Virus record (IMG/VR): IMGVR_UViG_3300009184_000059
Location: 1-53,395 of that record
Reading direction: 5' to 3' (one strand)
DNA length: 53,395 bases
From: a virus
Taxonomy: Duplodnaviria; Caudoviricetes
Below the pieces are notes generated by a model that was not told where the DNA came from, searched no databases, and saw nothing but the letters and a program-made list of their open reading frames with translations. How positions within the stretch are numbered: the stretch's first letter is position 1; every line of letters starts with the position of its first letter. Below, in pieces: positions 38,917 to 48,800 of the stretch. A program made the position numbers and the translations under genes.

Positions 38917-39297
38917 TTAGGTGAACCCCAATTCTTGTTGAATAGAAATCATCATGTTCTTCCTGGTTCCATTAATGACATATACATCAAACCTAATTGT
39001 TTGAAGTCCGGTTGGTATGGCCTTAATATATAGACTGGATGAGCTAAACATATTGGTTCTAGTTAATGACTCTTCGATAATCTTTATACCTAGATCGCCA
39101 GTTTGTTTGGACTGGGGCATTCCGTAAAGCTGAGATAAATCAGTACCTAGCCTAGGGTAGAGGGTGAAGTCACCTGGGTGGGTTTGCATTACTATGAATG
39201 CTTTTTGTGCGCTGTCCCGCCAATCGGAGTCAGTTAAGGCAAGGTCCCTTGTTGGCGTAAGCTTTAGGTCTCCACTTTCAGAAAAATATAGATCCAT
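38917..39297 (-). CDS. gp25/GPW-like baseplate (sheath initiator) protein
   Basis: SGDLKL..RDLAL, THPGDFTLYPRLGTDL; sits immediately before baseplate J. Confidence 0.75.
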   Translation of the reverse strand: MDLYFSESGDLKLTPTRDLALTDSDWRDSAQKAFIVMQTHPGDFTLYPRLGTDLSQLYGMPQSKQTGDLGIKIIEESLTRTNMFSSSSLYIKAIPTGLQTIRFDVYVINGTRKNMMISIQQELGFT

Positions 39298-39650
39298 TAA
39301 CCTTCACCAATATAATCGTCTATGCCGTCGAATACACCAATCATATCATCAACATCTTTCTTAAGTAATGCGGGTTCTGTCCATTCTGAACCGTTTGGGT
39401 TAAAGTGGGTATCATTCCACCTCAGTCCATCTTCCTTCGTCAAGAGCTTGATGCTATCCGCTATAATAGTAATGCTTTTATTCGCCGCATGCAAGACTAT
39501 ACCCAATCCTTCTGCAGCCATGATTTCTATGTCGCCATTATCACATAGCCTAATGAAACTAGGGGTGGTTTGGTGGGTAATTCCAACTTCGGTACTACCG
39601 AAAAGGTTTTTCTGTACTAGGAGTTCACTCGGTCTTTCGTATTCAGCCAT
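39297..39650 (-). CDS. putative central-spike beta-strand protein
   Basis: SFIRLCDNGDIEI...GIVLH..KSITI repeated beta strands; located between the OB-fold and gp25-like genes. Confidence 0.5.
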   Translation of the reverse strand: MAEYERPSELLVQKNLFGSTEVGITHQTTPSFIRLCDNGDIEIMAAEGLGIVLHAANKSITIIADSIKLLTKEDGLRWNDTHFNPNGSEWTEPALLKKDVDDMIGVFDGIDDYIGEG

Positions 39651-40027
39651 TACATGCTCAACATGTAGTAAGGTATACCGCTAGAGGCTTTGGTATGTCG
39701 CTCGTAGTCGTATTTCTGGTAATTATGGTTAAAGAAGTGGCTTATCATAGGATACTTTTCTCCCCTGTTTCCCTTGAAACATACCCAGCATGGTCTGCCT
39801 GGCTCTGGTGCAGCCATTTGTATTCCCATAAATATCGGGCATGGCACGTTCTCTAGCATATCTCCGGCTGTCTCTGTATTAGGTGAAGACATCAATACAG
39901 TGGCGGTATTGGTGACCTGATTGTATGTTAATACAACACCGAATCTGTCTATATTCCTTGTATCATCTGCTGTTTGTATCTTTGATTCAACATATTGATT
40001 AAACTTTGGATTATTAGATAGTTGCAT
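39650..40027 (-). CDS. gpV/gp5-type spike N-terminal OB-fold protein
   Basis: GVVLTYN..TNTATV...LENVPCP..MG...PEPGRPCWVCF; start ATG 40027 with GGAG (ORF track gives 40066). Confidence 0.6.
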   Translation of the reverse strand: MQLSNNPKFNQYVESKIQTADDTRNIDRFGVVLTYNQVTNTATVLMSSPNTETAGDMLENVPCPIFMGIQMAAPEPGRPCWVCFKGNRGEKYPMISHFFNHNYQKYDYERHTKASSGIPYYMLSM

Positions 40028-40029
40028 TT

Positions 40030-40953
40030 TTACTCCGGCAATAATTGGAATGCTTCGATTAACCATGGCTGAGGATTGATAAGGGGACCTTCGGCCCCAC
40101 CGTACCCTCTCATAAAGCTGTTTTCCTGAGGACTAATGTCAAAGTGCAAGTGCGGGGTGGTTTTTTGGGCGTCACTAGAAAGACCTATCTTACCCAAAAC
40201 AGCGCCAGATACCACTTGCTGTCCGTTGCTCACTCCTACCGTACCTACTCCCATGTGGGTATAGTAATACCAATAACCGTCTTGGCCCTCTATTCTGACA
40301 CTAGAACCAAACTCTCCACCATTATTGTTTACCGAAATGACTTTTCCGCCCATAGCTGCGACTACGGTAGTCCCGGTTGGGGCAAATATGTCCGCAGCAT
40401 TGTAGTCATGGTGAGTATTTCCCGAACTCGTAGAAGACCATTTTGCGCCTTCTAATCCTTCGCGAATAATAGATTTAGTGGCGGAAATGGGGAAAACAAA
40501 ACCCGAAGGTGTGGGCACAGCGGGGAAAAGGCTATCGCCCTGAGAGGCCGGCCCGGATCCGCTAGAGGGAACAGAACTTATACCATCCAGCAAGAGCTGG
40601 GAAGACCTGATATTCATAGGAATATCATAGCCCGTTATACCCGCTAAAGATCTTGACATTTTGGTGTTAACATTTTCTATAGACATACCTAAAAGTTTTG
40701 ACATATCTCCAGATAAAACTTCATTAAACTGAGTAGAAACCATACCTTTGTCTTTTATTGTCAGCTGATTTTGTAATATGTCCGAGATGTTTGCTGTAGT
40801 TAAGCCTTTTTTGGGCATTAATTCTTTAGACTCAGATGTCGCTAGAGGCTTAGCTTCTCCCGATGGAGTGTAGTTTTTTTGCCCAGAATTGATCTTGGCG
40901 CCAAAAGACTTGCCGCTTATTAAGTCACTCAAGGAAATATTGAAGTTAGCCAT
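40030..40953 (-). CDS. tail-associated M23 peptidase with shared N-terminal module
   Basis: AADIFAPTGTTVVAAMGG, YYYTHM, GKIGLS and PHLHF; start MANF at 40953 by paralogy (ORF track gives 40983). Confidence 0.88.
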   Translation of the reverse strand: MANFNISLSDLISGKSFGAKINSGQKNYTPSGEAKPLATSESKELMPKKGLTTANISDILQNQLTIKDKGMVSTQFNEVLSGDMSKLLGMSIENVNTKMSRSLAGITGYDIPMNIRSSQLLLDGISSVPSSGSGPASQGDSLFPAVPTPSGFVFPISATKSIIREGLEGAKWSSTSSGNTHHDYNAADIFAPTGTTVVAAMGGKVISVNNNGGEFGSSVRIEGQDGYWYYYTHMGVGTVGVSNGQQVVSGAVLGKIGLSSDAQKTTPHLHFDISPQENSFMRGYGGAEGPLINPQPWLIEAFQLLPE

Positions 40954-40996
40954 AGATACGCCTCTGAAATTTTTATCTTGCAATTATTTATTTAGA

Positions 40997-41902
40997 TTAT
41001 TTTTTAGACTGAGCTTCTAGGTCGCGCATGAAGTCCCAAAGGTATGCTATTGGGTTGCTCCAAACATCTGCGTAGCTAGAGCTTTGCGCCACCGACAAAT
41101 GCACATGGGCACCGTGGGCTGTGCCCGTCTCTCCTACATGGGCCACATTCTGACCCTTGGTTACTCTATCTCCTATTTCCACTATTGGAGGATTAATAAA
41201 GTGCGCCATATAAATTGACCAACCGTTATCGCCCACTATAACTATAGCGTTACCGCCATTTGAGTCTCTAGTGGCACCCTTCTTTACTTGACCACCGTCA
41301 GGGTATCCTATGTAGGCAACTTTGCCATCCCACGGAGAGAAAACTGGAGAACCTGATGCGTGACCGATATCCATTGCTGTAGTCCCGCTGCCTGGGTCGG
41401 TATAGTGAGTTTTCTGCTGAGGGAAACGATAAGCTCCACTTAATATAAATCCACTAGATGGTGGAGCTGGCCTTCCGGAAGTGTCCAATGCAGAGGCCGG
41501 TGTCCCTGTTGCGCCTGAGCTCGTAGACATCCCACTCGTTACGTTAAAGTCCAGCACCTGGCCGGCTGCATTCTCTACGTCGAAAGACAGCAGGTATGAC
41601 TTCCCTGGGAAGTTAACGCTTTTTCCGTTTACCTTAAAACTCTCAACAGTTTTAGAAACATCAGAAAGCTGCTCATTGAATCCGGTGTAAGCCAAGCCCT
41701 CTGGTTTAATCGTTAGGTTGTTTTGCAATATATCAGACACATTCCAAGTAGTGAGACTTTTCTTCGACTCACCCTGGGATTCGGAGGTTCTCAATGGTTG
41801 GGCTACACCCGTTGGATCGTAATTTTTTGACTTACTCAAAAAAGCCCTACCAAAAGATTTTCCATCAGTTAGATTACTTAAGTTCAGATCGAAGTTAGCC
41901 AT
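40997..41902 (-). CDS. tail-associated M23 peptidase with shared N-terminal module
   Basis: MDIG..SGSPVFSPWDG, GGNAI, YMAHF and VGETG.AHGAHVHL motifs. Confidence 0.85.
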   Translation of the reverse strand: MANFDLNLSNLTDGKSFGRAFLSKSKNYDPTGVAQPLRTSESQGESKKSLTTWNVSDILQNNLTIKPEGLAYTGFNEQLSDVSKTVESFKVNGKSVNFPGKSYLLSFDVENAAGQVLDFNVTSGMSTSSGATGTPASALDTSGRPAPPSSGFILSGAYRFPQQKTHYTDPGSGTTAMDIGHASGSPVFSPWDGKVAYIGYPDGGQVKKGATRDSNGGNAIVIVGDNGWSIYMAHFINPPIVEIGDRVTKGQNVAHVGETGTAHGAHVHLSVAQSSSYADVWSNPIAYLWDFMRDLEAQSKK

Positions 41903-42861
41903 TATACCTTATAACCATTTTCCCTAAAGAAGTTATAAGCTTCTTCCATATTGACGCCCTTAAGGTGGCTGTTATCTGGCGAGGAATAATTGCCCGTAGT
42001 TTGCCAAGGTAGAAAGTTCGAACCATTGTTAGAAATAATCATAGCTATTTTTACGTTAACCCAAGGATCGCAGATTTGCTCTATAGTGTAGCCTCGCCAG
42101 CCATTATACTCTGAGACTAGTGTTCCATCTGCCTGCTTTTTCATACCATTATTAATCTGCCATAAGCCAGCGTCTGTACTTCCATTATCGTTGACTCCAG
42201 CCCTGTTACAGTAGAAGCCACTTTCGCGCTTACACAGAGCCCACATAAAGACGGCCCCGTTTAAGTCGCATCCCGCAGTGATCATCAATTCTATTATTTG
42301 CTGTCCAGTAAGCGCTATTTCTTCTACGTCGGTTTTTTGTATCCACTCACTATTATTAAATCTTTTGTATGCTGGCTTAAATGGACCCTTTGGGATACCC
42401 GCAGGTGCGCTACCATCAACATTGATAGTACCGCTAGATGCTGCTGATCCGGTACCACTACTAGCCGCAGAGGTAGCTAAAGCACTGGCTCCCAAACCTA
42501 TGTCAATTTGCGGGCCCAGAGAAGTGTCGTAACCCATCAAACCCATCTGAGCTTTTCCGCCGTTTATAGACCTACCATTTATTTTGGTATTCCTAGCAAA
42601 AGATAAAGTCTTAGATAAGGAATTGTTGAAAGAATTATAAACAAGCTCTTGAGGCTTATATACTGCGGTGCCTTGAAGTATATCCGATACGTTAAATGTG
42701 GTTAGCGACTTTTTGCTTTCATTAGCAGGCAGCTTTGAATCGCTTGTGGATAAAGATTTCTTTTGACCATCCGGAGTATAATTCATCGCGTTAGATTTAA
42801 ATGCTCGAGACAAAGTTCTGCTGTCTGTTATATCACTTAAACTAAAATTGAAGTGCGACAT
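41902..42861 (-). CDS. tail-associated lytic transglycosylase (SLT/GH23) with shared N-terminal module
   Basis: RESG catalytic Glu, NDNGSTDAGLWQIN, DPWVNVKIA and PWQT motifs. Confidence 0.88.
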   Translation of the reverse strand: MSHFNFSLSDITDSRTLSRAFKSNAMNYTPDGQKKSLSTSDSKLPANESKKSLTTFNVSDILQGTAVYKPQELVYNSFNNSLSKTLSFARNTKINGRSINGGKAQMGLMGYDTSLGPQIDIGLGASALATSAASSGTGSAASSGTINVDGSAPAGIPKGPFKPAYKRFNNSEWIQKTDVEEIALTGQQIIELMITAGCDLNGAVFMWALCKRESGFYCNRAGVNDNGSTDAGLWQINNGMKKQADGTLVSEYNGWRGYTIEQICDPWVNVKIAMIISNNGSNFLPWQTTGNYSSPDNSHLKGVNMEEAYNFFRENGYKV

Positions 42862-45800
42862 TAGTTGTACCCCTGATACCTACCGGAAGAATAACCTCTA
42901 TCTGGATCATTTCTTCTAACCCCGCCCATGTCGGTATACGCAAATCCGGCCGCAACTAGTTCCCAGTTTATAGTATACGCAGAACCGTTGGGCGCAAATG
43001 TATCCCAAGGTATTAGCGGCCAAGCCGTAGCCCTCTCAAGTAGCTTATTTGCCCTGTCTGTCGAGGTCTGCTCTGGGTCCGTGGACCCCGTCTCATGGAA
43101 TATTATTGCCAGCGTTCTGCCATATGTATCGGTCGAACTTTTTCCGCCTGTAGTGCCAGCTCCGACCGATTCGCGAATCGCTACTATAGGCTTAAAACCC
43201 TTGCTAACAGGATCTGTAATTAGTCTTTTTTCCACAAACTGCCTAGCAAGATAGGCCTTATCTGTGGATTCGTTTCTTTGTAGATCTACTTTAAACTCAA
43301 GTTCTGGTGTGTTTATACCAGCGAAGCGGACATCTATTGGACTCCCCGGTATGTCATTGCCATCCTTGTCGACCTTCTGAACCTTTATGGTGTCACCGTC
43401 TGTAATGCCGTTGCGATTATCGTCAGTATCTGATACCTCTAAAACCCTAGCAAGGTATGCATTTGGTGGTGCTATAGTGATTGGGTCTGGACCCTTACCT
43501 GCAAGTTCTAAGACTTTAGCATTCCAGTAATTATTCCACCAGCTAACCTGCTTTTGTACGCTCGCAATTTCTATTTCTTGCCAACCAAGTTGTGCCATCA
43601 AATCATTGGCTGTTATTCTTCTATGACCATTTTCTGTCGTCTTCACTTCAAGCCCCAGTATTCCAGGAAGCACATTTAGTGTATGATGAGTGCCAACAGC
43701 TACGCCCTGATTGAAACTTAAACCGGCGTCCATTGGCTGACCATTCTTAGTCAGATATTGTATGTAACAACCGTGTTGGTCCAGCAAGTTATCTCTTACC
43801 CACTCCCATCCACTCCAAGCCATGTCAACTATTCCGCTACCGATTATTGGGATCATGCTAAAAGCAGTTATGAATGGACTATTGAATACCGAGTTAGCCA
43901 TTCCAGCCGCCTGTTCTGATGCATCCCCTGTTGGGCCGAACCTACTGCCACCAGGTTTCATATAGCCAGTTGCGCTATGGGTAGCTATGTCCTTGACTAA
44001 TGCAGAGTTGCCGCCAGTAAACTGGACATTACCCCTAAGGCTATCTTGAATAGACTCAGCGAGAGCAGTCATGTCCACCTCACCATTATCCTTAGTGATG
44101 CCAAGGACTGCGTTGTAAGCCCTAGCGCTTTTATCTGCCGTAACAGACAACAAATGCCTAGTATGATTTCTTGTATCTTGAACACCAAACATTGACCAAA
44201 CCCAAGACTGGAATGTCCACCTTGCTGGGTCATTAATGGTGACCATAGCATTTGGGGTTATAGAGGTAACGAAACCCATATCACTAGTAAGGTGCTGCGT
44301 AACTGCTTCAACCTCAAATATTCCATACATTCTTTCGTATGTATCAGCCAAATATATTAAGTCGTGCGGCCTTATGTCGGCCCTTCCAATAATAACTAGT
44401 TCGCCACCATAAATATCTTTCAAACCTTCCTTAAGGTTGTACAAACCAACCCTTCTGGAAAGGATCTCATCAGAAGAACCTGTCGCAGACTTAGTGAGAC
44501 CCCTCATAGTTTCTATTGGGTGGAGCAATGGGTGCAAGAATCCGAAGAAACCACTTCCCCTAGCGTTATCCCAAAAGAGCCCAGTTTCAATCCCTATTTC
44601 AAATTGCTTCTCAGGGGAGGAACCCTTATCGAAGTATACTGTGACAGGGTACTTGCCGTCTGAACTGGCTGTTATGACCGTAGGTACATTATCTAATTTT
44701 TCTTGTATACCATTATCGATAATGTCCTGGAATGAGTTTAGGTAATGGAACCTTTGGAATGGTTCGCGTATCTCAATGACAGGCTCACCATATTCTCTAG
44801 TGAATGGGTTGTCCGCTAGCCATATGGCAGAACCAGGTTCGCCAATACCATAATATATAGAATCATTAAAAGCCTTATTAAGTATGTTTGCCTGCTGCTG
44901 CATAGCACCCAACATGCCCATACCATAGCCCATCTCCATCAAAGATAGCCTAAACATCCCGACGACTCCGCTTAAAGCGCTACTGATTGTGCTAAAGAGT
45001 GCACCTATAGTTTGATCCCAAACATTCTTTATTTTTTCCGCAGTTTGCTCTATATCGGTCTTGCCCTTCATCCCCGGTGTATTATATCTTTCTAGTGCCT
45101 TAACTAGACCATCTACTATCCTGGGGTGCTTATATATATCGGCATACGATCCGGTTGCTACCGTAGTGGGGGCATTTAACCCCGTAAAATTATTTGGGTC
45201 TTTCAATGCAGCGGCCTCTATTAAGTCGCTTATACCATCTGGGCTGAATAATTCCTTTGCGGCTCCGCCGTCTTCATTTACACCAAGATACCAATTCCAA
45301 AGTTTGGTAACTTCACTTTTTCCAAAATTAAAATCATCCGGAGAGCCAAGTGCCTTAAATGTTTGCTCGGCGGCATAGCCGGCTATAGCACCCGTGGCGA
45401 CATTCCCGCCACTAACCGCAGCGCCAACGACCGCCCCAGCTGCGGTATATGCAGTACTCCCAGTATTTCTGGAAGTAGTTATAGCAAGCCAGGCTCGAGC
45501 AAATGGCAGCCTCCAAAGTAACATTTTAAAGTTATTGACAATTTTCGTCATATTAGTGCTATAAAGAATCTTATCTAATGGATCTTCGCTAAACTCGGGT
45601 GCATCTTTTATATCAGAACTTAAGCCATCTAGCCATAATGGATCTTTTAGCTGGCTTAGCAACTGTTCGTCAGTTGAAGCTGGTAAAACCCTAAGATGAT
45701 TTAATATAAATTTTGTTGCAGCATCTTTTATCTCTGTAAACTCAGTGTCTTCTCGGATATGCCACCTGCGCCGGAACTGGTCCCAAACACTTTCGGCTTC

Positions 45801-48800
45801 ACTTTCAGCTATGCCGGTAAAGTTATTGGTGAACTTTTTCCGTATGACATTAAAAGACTCCGCAGTTTCAAGAGCAGCTTTAGAAGCTTTCTCTTTATCC
45901 CCATAATAATTAGTGTAGTATGCTTCGAAGTCCGGATCAAGTACTACTGCCGCCCTTCTCTTATTGTAGTCTTCATCATATATCCTGCGGGCGTATTCTC
46001 CCACAATGTCATACATACCTTGGGCGCCATTTGTGTCGCCACTCTTTAACTGATTTGTCACCGCTGATATATATTTTTCTACATATTTTGCGTCAGCAAA
46101 CCCCCCGGCGTCAGGCTCTGTGCCAAGCTTCCCGTAGAACCCTGATTGTCTAGGTCCCTCGGTCTTGTAGTTTGCACCCTCCTGGTTATCTCCCTGCATC
46201 CATCCGTACAAAAATGAGGTAGCAAAGTAATTTTTCTCATAAAGTTCTTTATACTTATCAAACCTGCTGCTACGATTAGGGAAGGCCTCACCGGGAAACA
46301 GTTGCTCAATCATTCTTTCTGTGCCTTGGAATGGTTGGACAAAGGCAGTATAGTCCCTTGTCTTGCTAGTAAAGTTTCCTATTCCGGGCACCTCCACAGT
46401 AGTCGGAGCCGGTACCGGTATCCTGTTATCTGCATCAAATGCATTATAACCATAGGAATATTTTCCACTTGCTGGGCCAAGGGCTACGCTTTTTTCGACA
46501 AAACCAAAATAACACTCGGTGTCCGGTGACTTATCTAGGCCCAGTATGAAGTAAGTATCAGGAGAGAGCTCAGCCTTATAGGTCACGTCATCCGGGCCAT
46601 CATCTAGTATCGCACAAATAACAACCTTATTTGTTACTGGGTTTGCGACAGCAATCCTCTTGCCCGTGTAGTCCTCAAGTCTGTCGAATCCTTGCGCAAT
46701 ACCCTCAGCATTTTCCCAAGTTTTTCCCAATACTTCTTGCCAGTTTAGATATGGCCATCTCATTTTTATGTGCCATTGCTCTTCTTCTGGGGAGTTTAAA
46801 ACTGGATAATTATTCCTAAAAGTTTGCCAATTGCTAAACTTATATTGATCAGGCAATTCCTCTATCTCTTTGTGGTAATCCTCTAAAGGAGCTAAACTGT
46901 ATCTGTCATCGTTAGATATTATTGATGGGTTATCTAGTAATTCGTTAATTTTTTCTTCTTGGTCTGGAATGTCGCCTCGCAATATTTTTTGCTTAGCCTC
47001 CCAATCGGCTAATGCTGTCTGCGTTTCGACAGTTTGTCCCCGATCCCTATCTTCTTCAGTTAATTTTAACGAATATTCATTTATTTTTTGCTGAACTGTA
47101 TTTAAAGCTAATTCTAGTAATTCATCTTTTCCCTTAGGCATCCTTACCGGTTTGCCAGTTACGTGCTTGCCGAGTTTAGCCTTACCACTCTTGTGGGGTA
47201 TTTTAGCCCCACCCTGTTCCGATGGCAGAGTAGAAACAACGTTAGCCGAAGCATACTTCTGGGCGTTGTTGTCTAGACCCGACTTTGTTGTGAAAGGATT
47301 AGCGGTATTAACTTCCTGCATAAACTTCATTTGCTCTTCATAGTCGGCAATTGGGTTAGCCCTATTTGTAGCCTCCCTTAAAAGATTTTGGAAGTCTTCA
47401 TCTGGACCTTCAAATTGTATTTTGTCGTCACCTTTCGGAACACCAGTCGAAAGGGGTATAACGCCAGAAGTGTAAAGCCAATGGGGCTTACCATAGAAGA
47501 CAGTGGACCTATCCTCAAAAGGCCTTACGGCTACAATATAATTAGGAAGTAGTGAAGCGCATAGCCTGAACATATCCCAAACTGTTTTCATATAAGTTTG
47601 AGCCCTAAAGGAAACTTCATCGAATCCAGGAAGGTCATCGTCTGCTTCTCCTGGCTGCACTAATCCAAGTGTTTGGAGTATAGGATTATTTGCCATACTG
47701 CCCTTGTTGTTGAACACGGCATTAGCAAAGTTTAATCCACCTTCGATGAGGGTGCCCGCCATTGGAACTCCGGTTCCCATACCTGTGTTAAGCAGGTTTT
47801 CTACACCAGATGGGAAATCTATGTCACCATCATTCACTTTAGGGGTCTGGTTAACTGCAGCGTCCGGATCGGGAGCAGTATCGTTTTGTGGGCTGCCAAG
47901 GCTATCTATACGTTGGCCCGAAAGAGACAAGTTTAGAAGAGTATCTTTCCAGATAGTTTTAGCGTCCTGCGTTTGGTTAGGTCCACTGCCGACTGTGCCC
48001 TGAAATATATTATTGGAAGAATTACCATTAATAAAATTATATAAATCTGGACCCTTAACACCTGCAGCCTCTAAGACTATAGTTCCAGCATCAAGGACAT
48101 CGCCACCCAAGTACTGAGCCACTCCCGTACCATTACCGGGGTAGATATTTCTTTTGAATATTTCAAAGTCTCTTTTGGTAAAGAAATTTGTCCACATGCT
48201 TTGCATGAGCCCGATCATGGGCATTCTTACACCTGCGCCGCCTATGAACGAAGAGAAATTTCCGCCAAGCATTTCGTGGTAGCTGGTATCCTGACCGTCT
48301 GCTATCTCTTTAACATCTTGAGATGAAACGTCTGATAGGTTAGGGGTAAGCGCTTCGCTAATCTTACCTGTACCTGCAACACTCTGCAGTTTGTTCTCTA
48401 TAGACTTAGCCCTTAATGCGTGCTTTTGTCTTTCGAGGTCATTGAGTGGTTCGTATAGGATAGACCCAAAATGTCTAATACCAAATCTACTTTCAGAAAA
48501 AACTTGCCCCCTTGTTGCGTGGGCAAATGCTTCCTTAAATCTGGAGGAGCCCATAGAAAGAAGCCTGACCATTAAATCTCTGGGTTCAGAAAGGTAGAAA
48601 CCTGTACCTATAGAACCATCGATCTTGCCAGAGTGACCTTTTTTATTTGTGGAGTTAATATATTGACCCAACTCAATGGCGTCCGACTGAGCAACAACCT
48701 CCACTATGTCGCCAGCTTGGACGCTAGTGATTACACCATTGAATACGGTGTCTAGACTATTGGGGTTAGCTCCGTACCCCATCCTTAGGTGTACGCGCAC

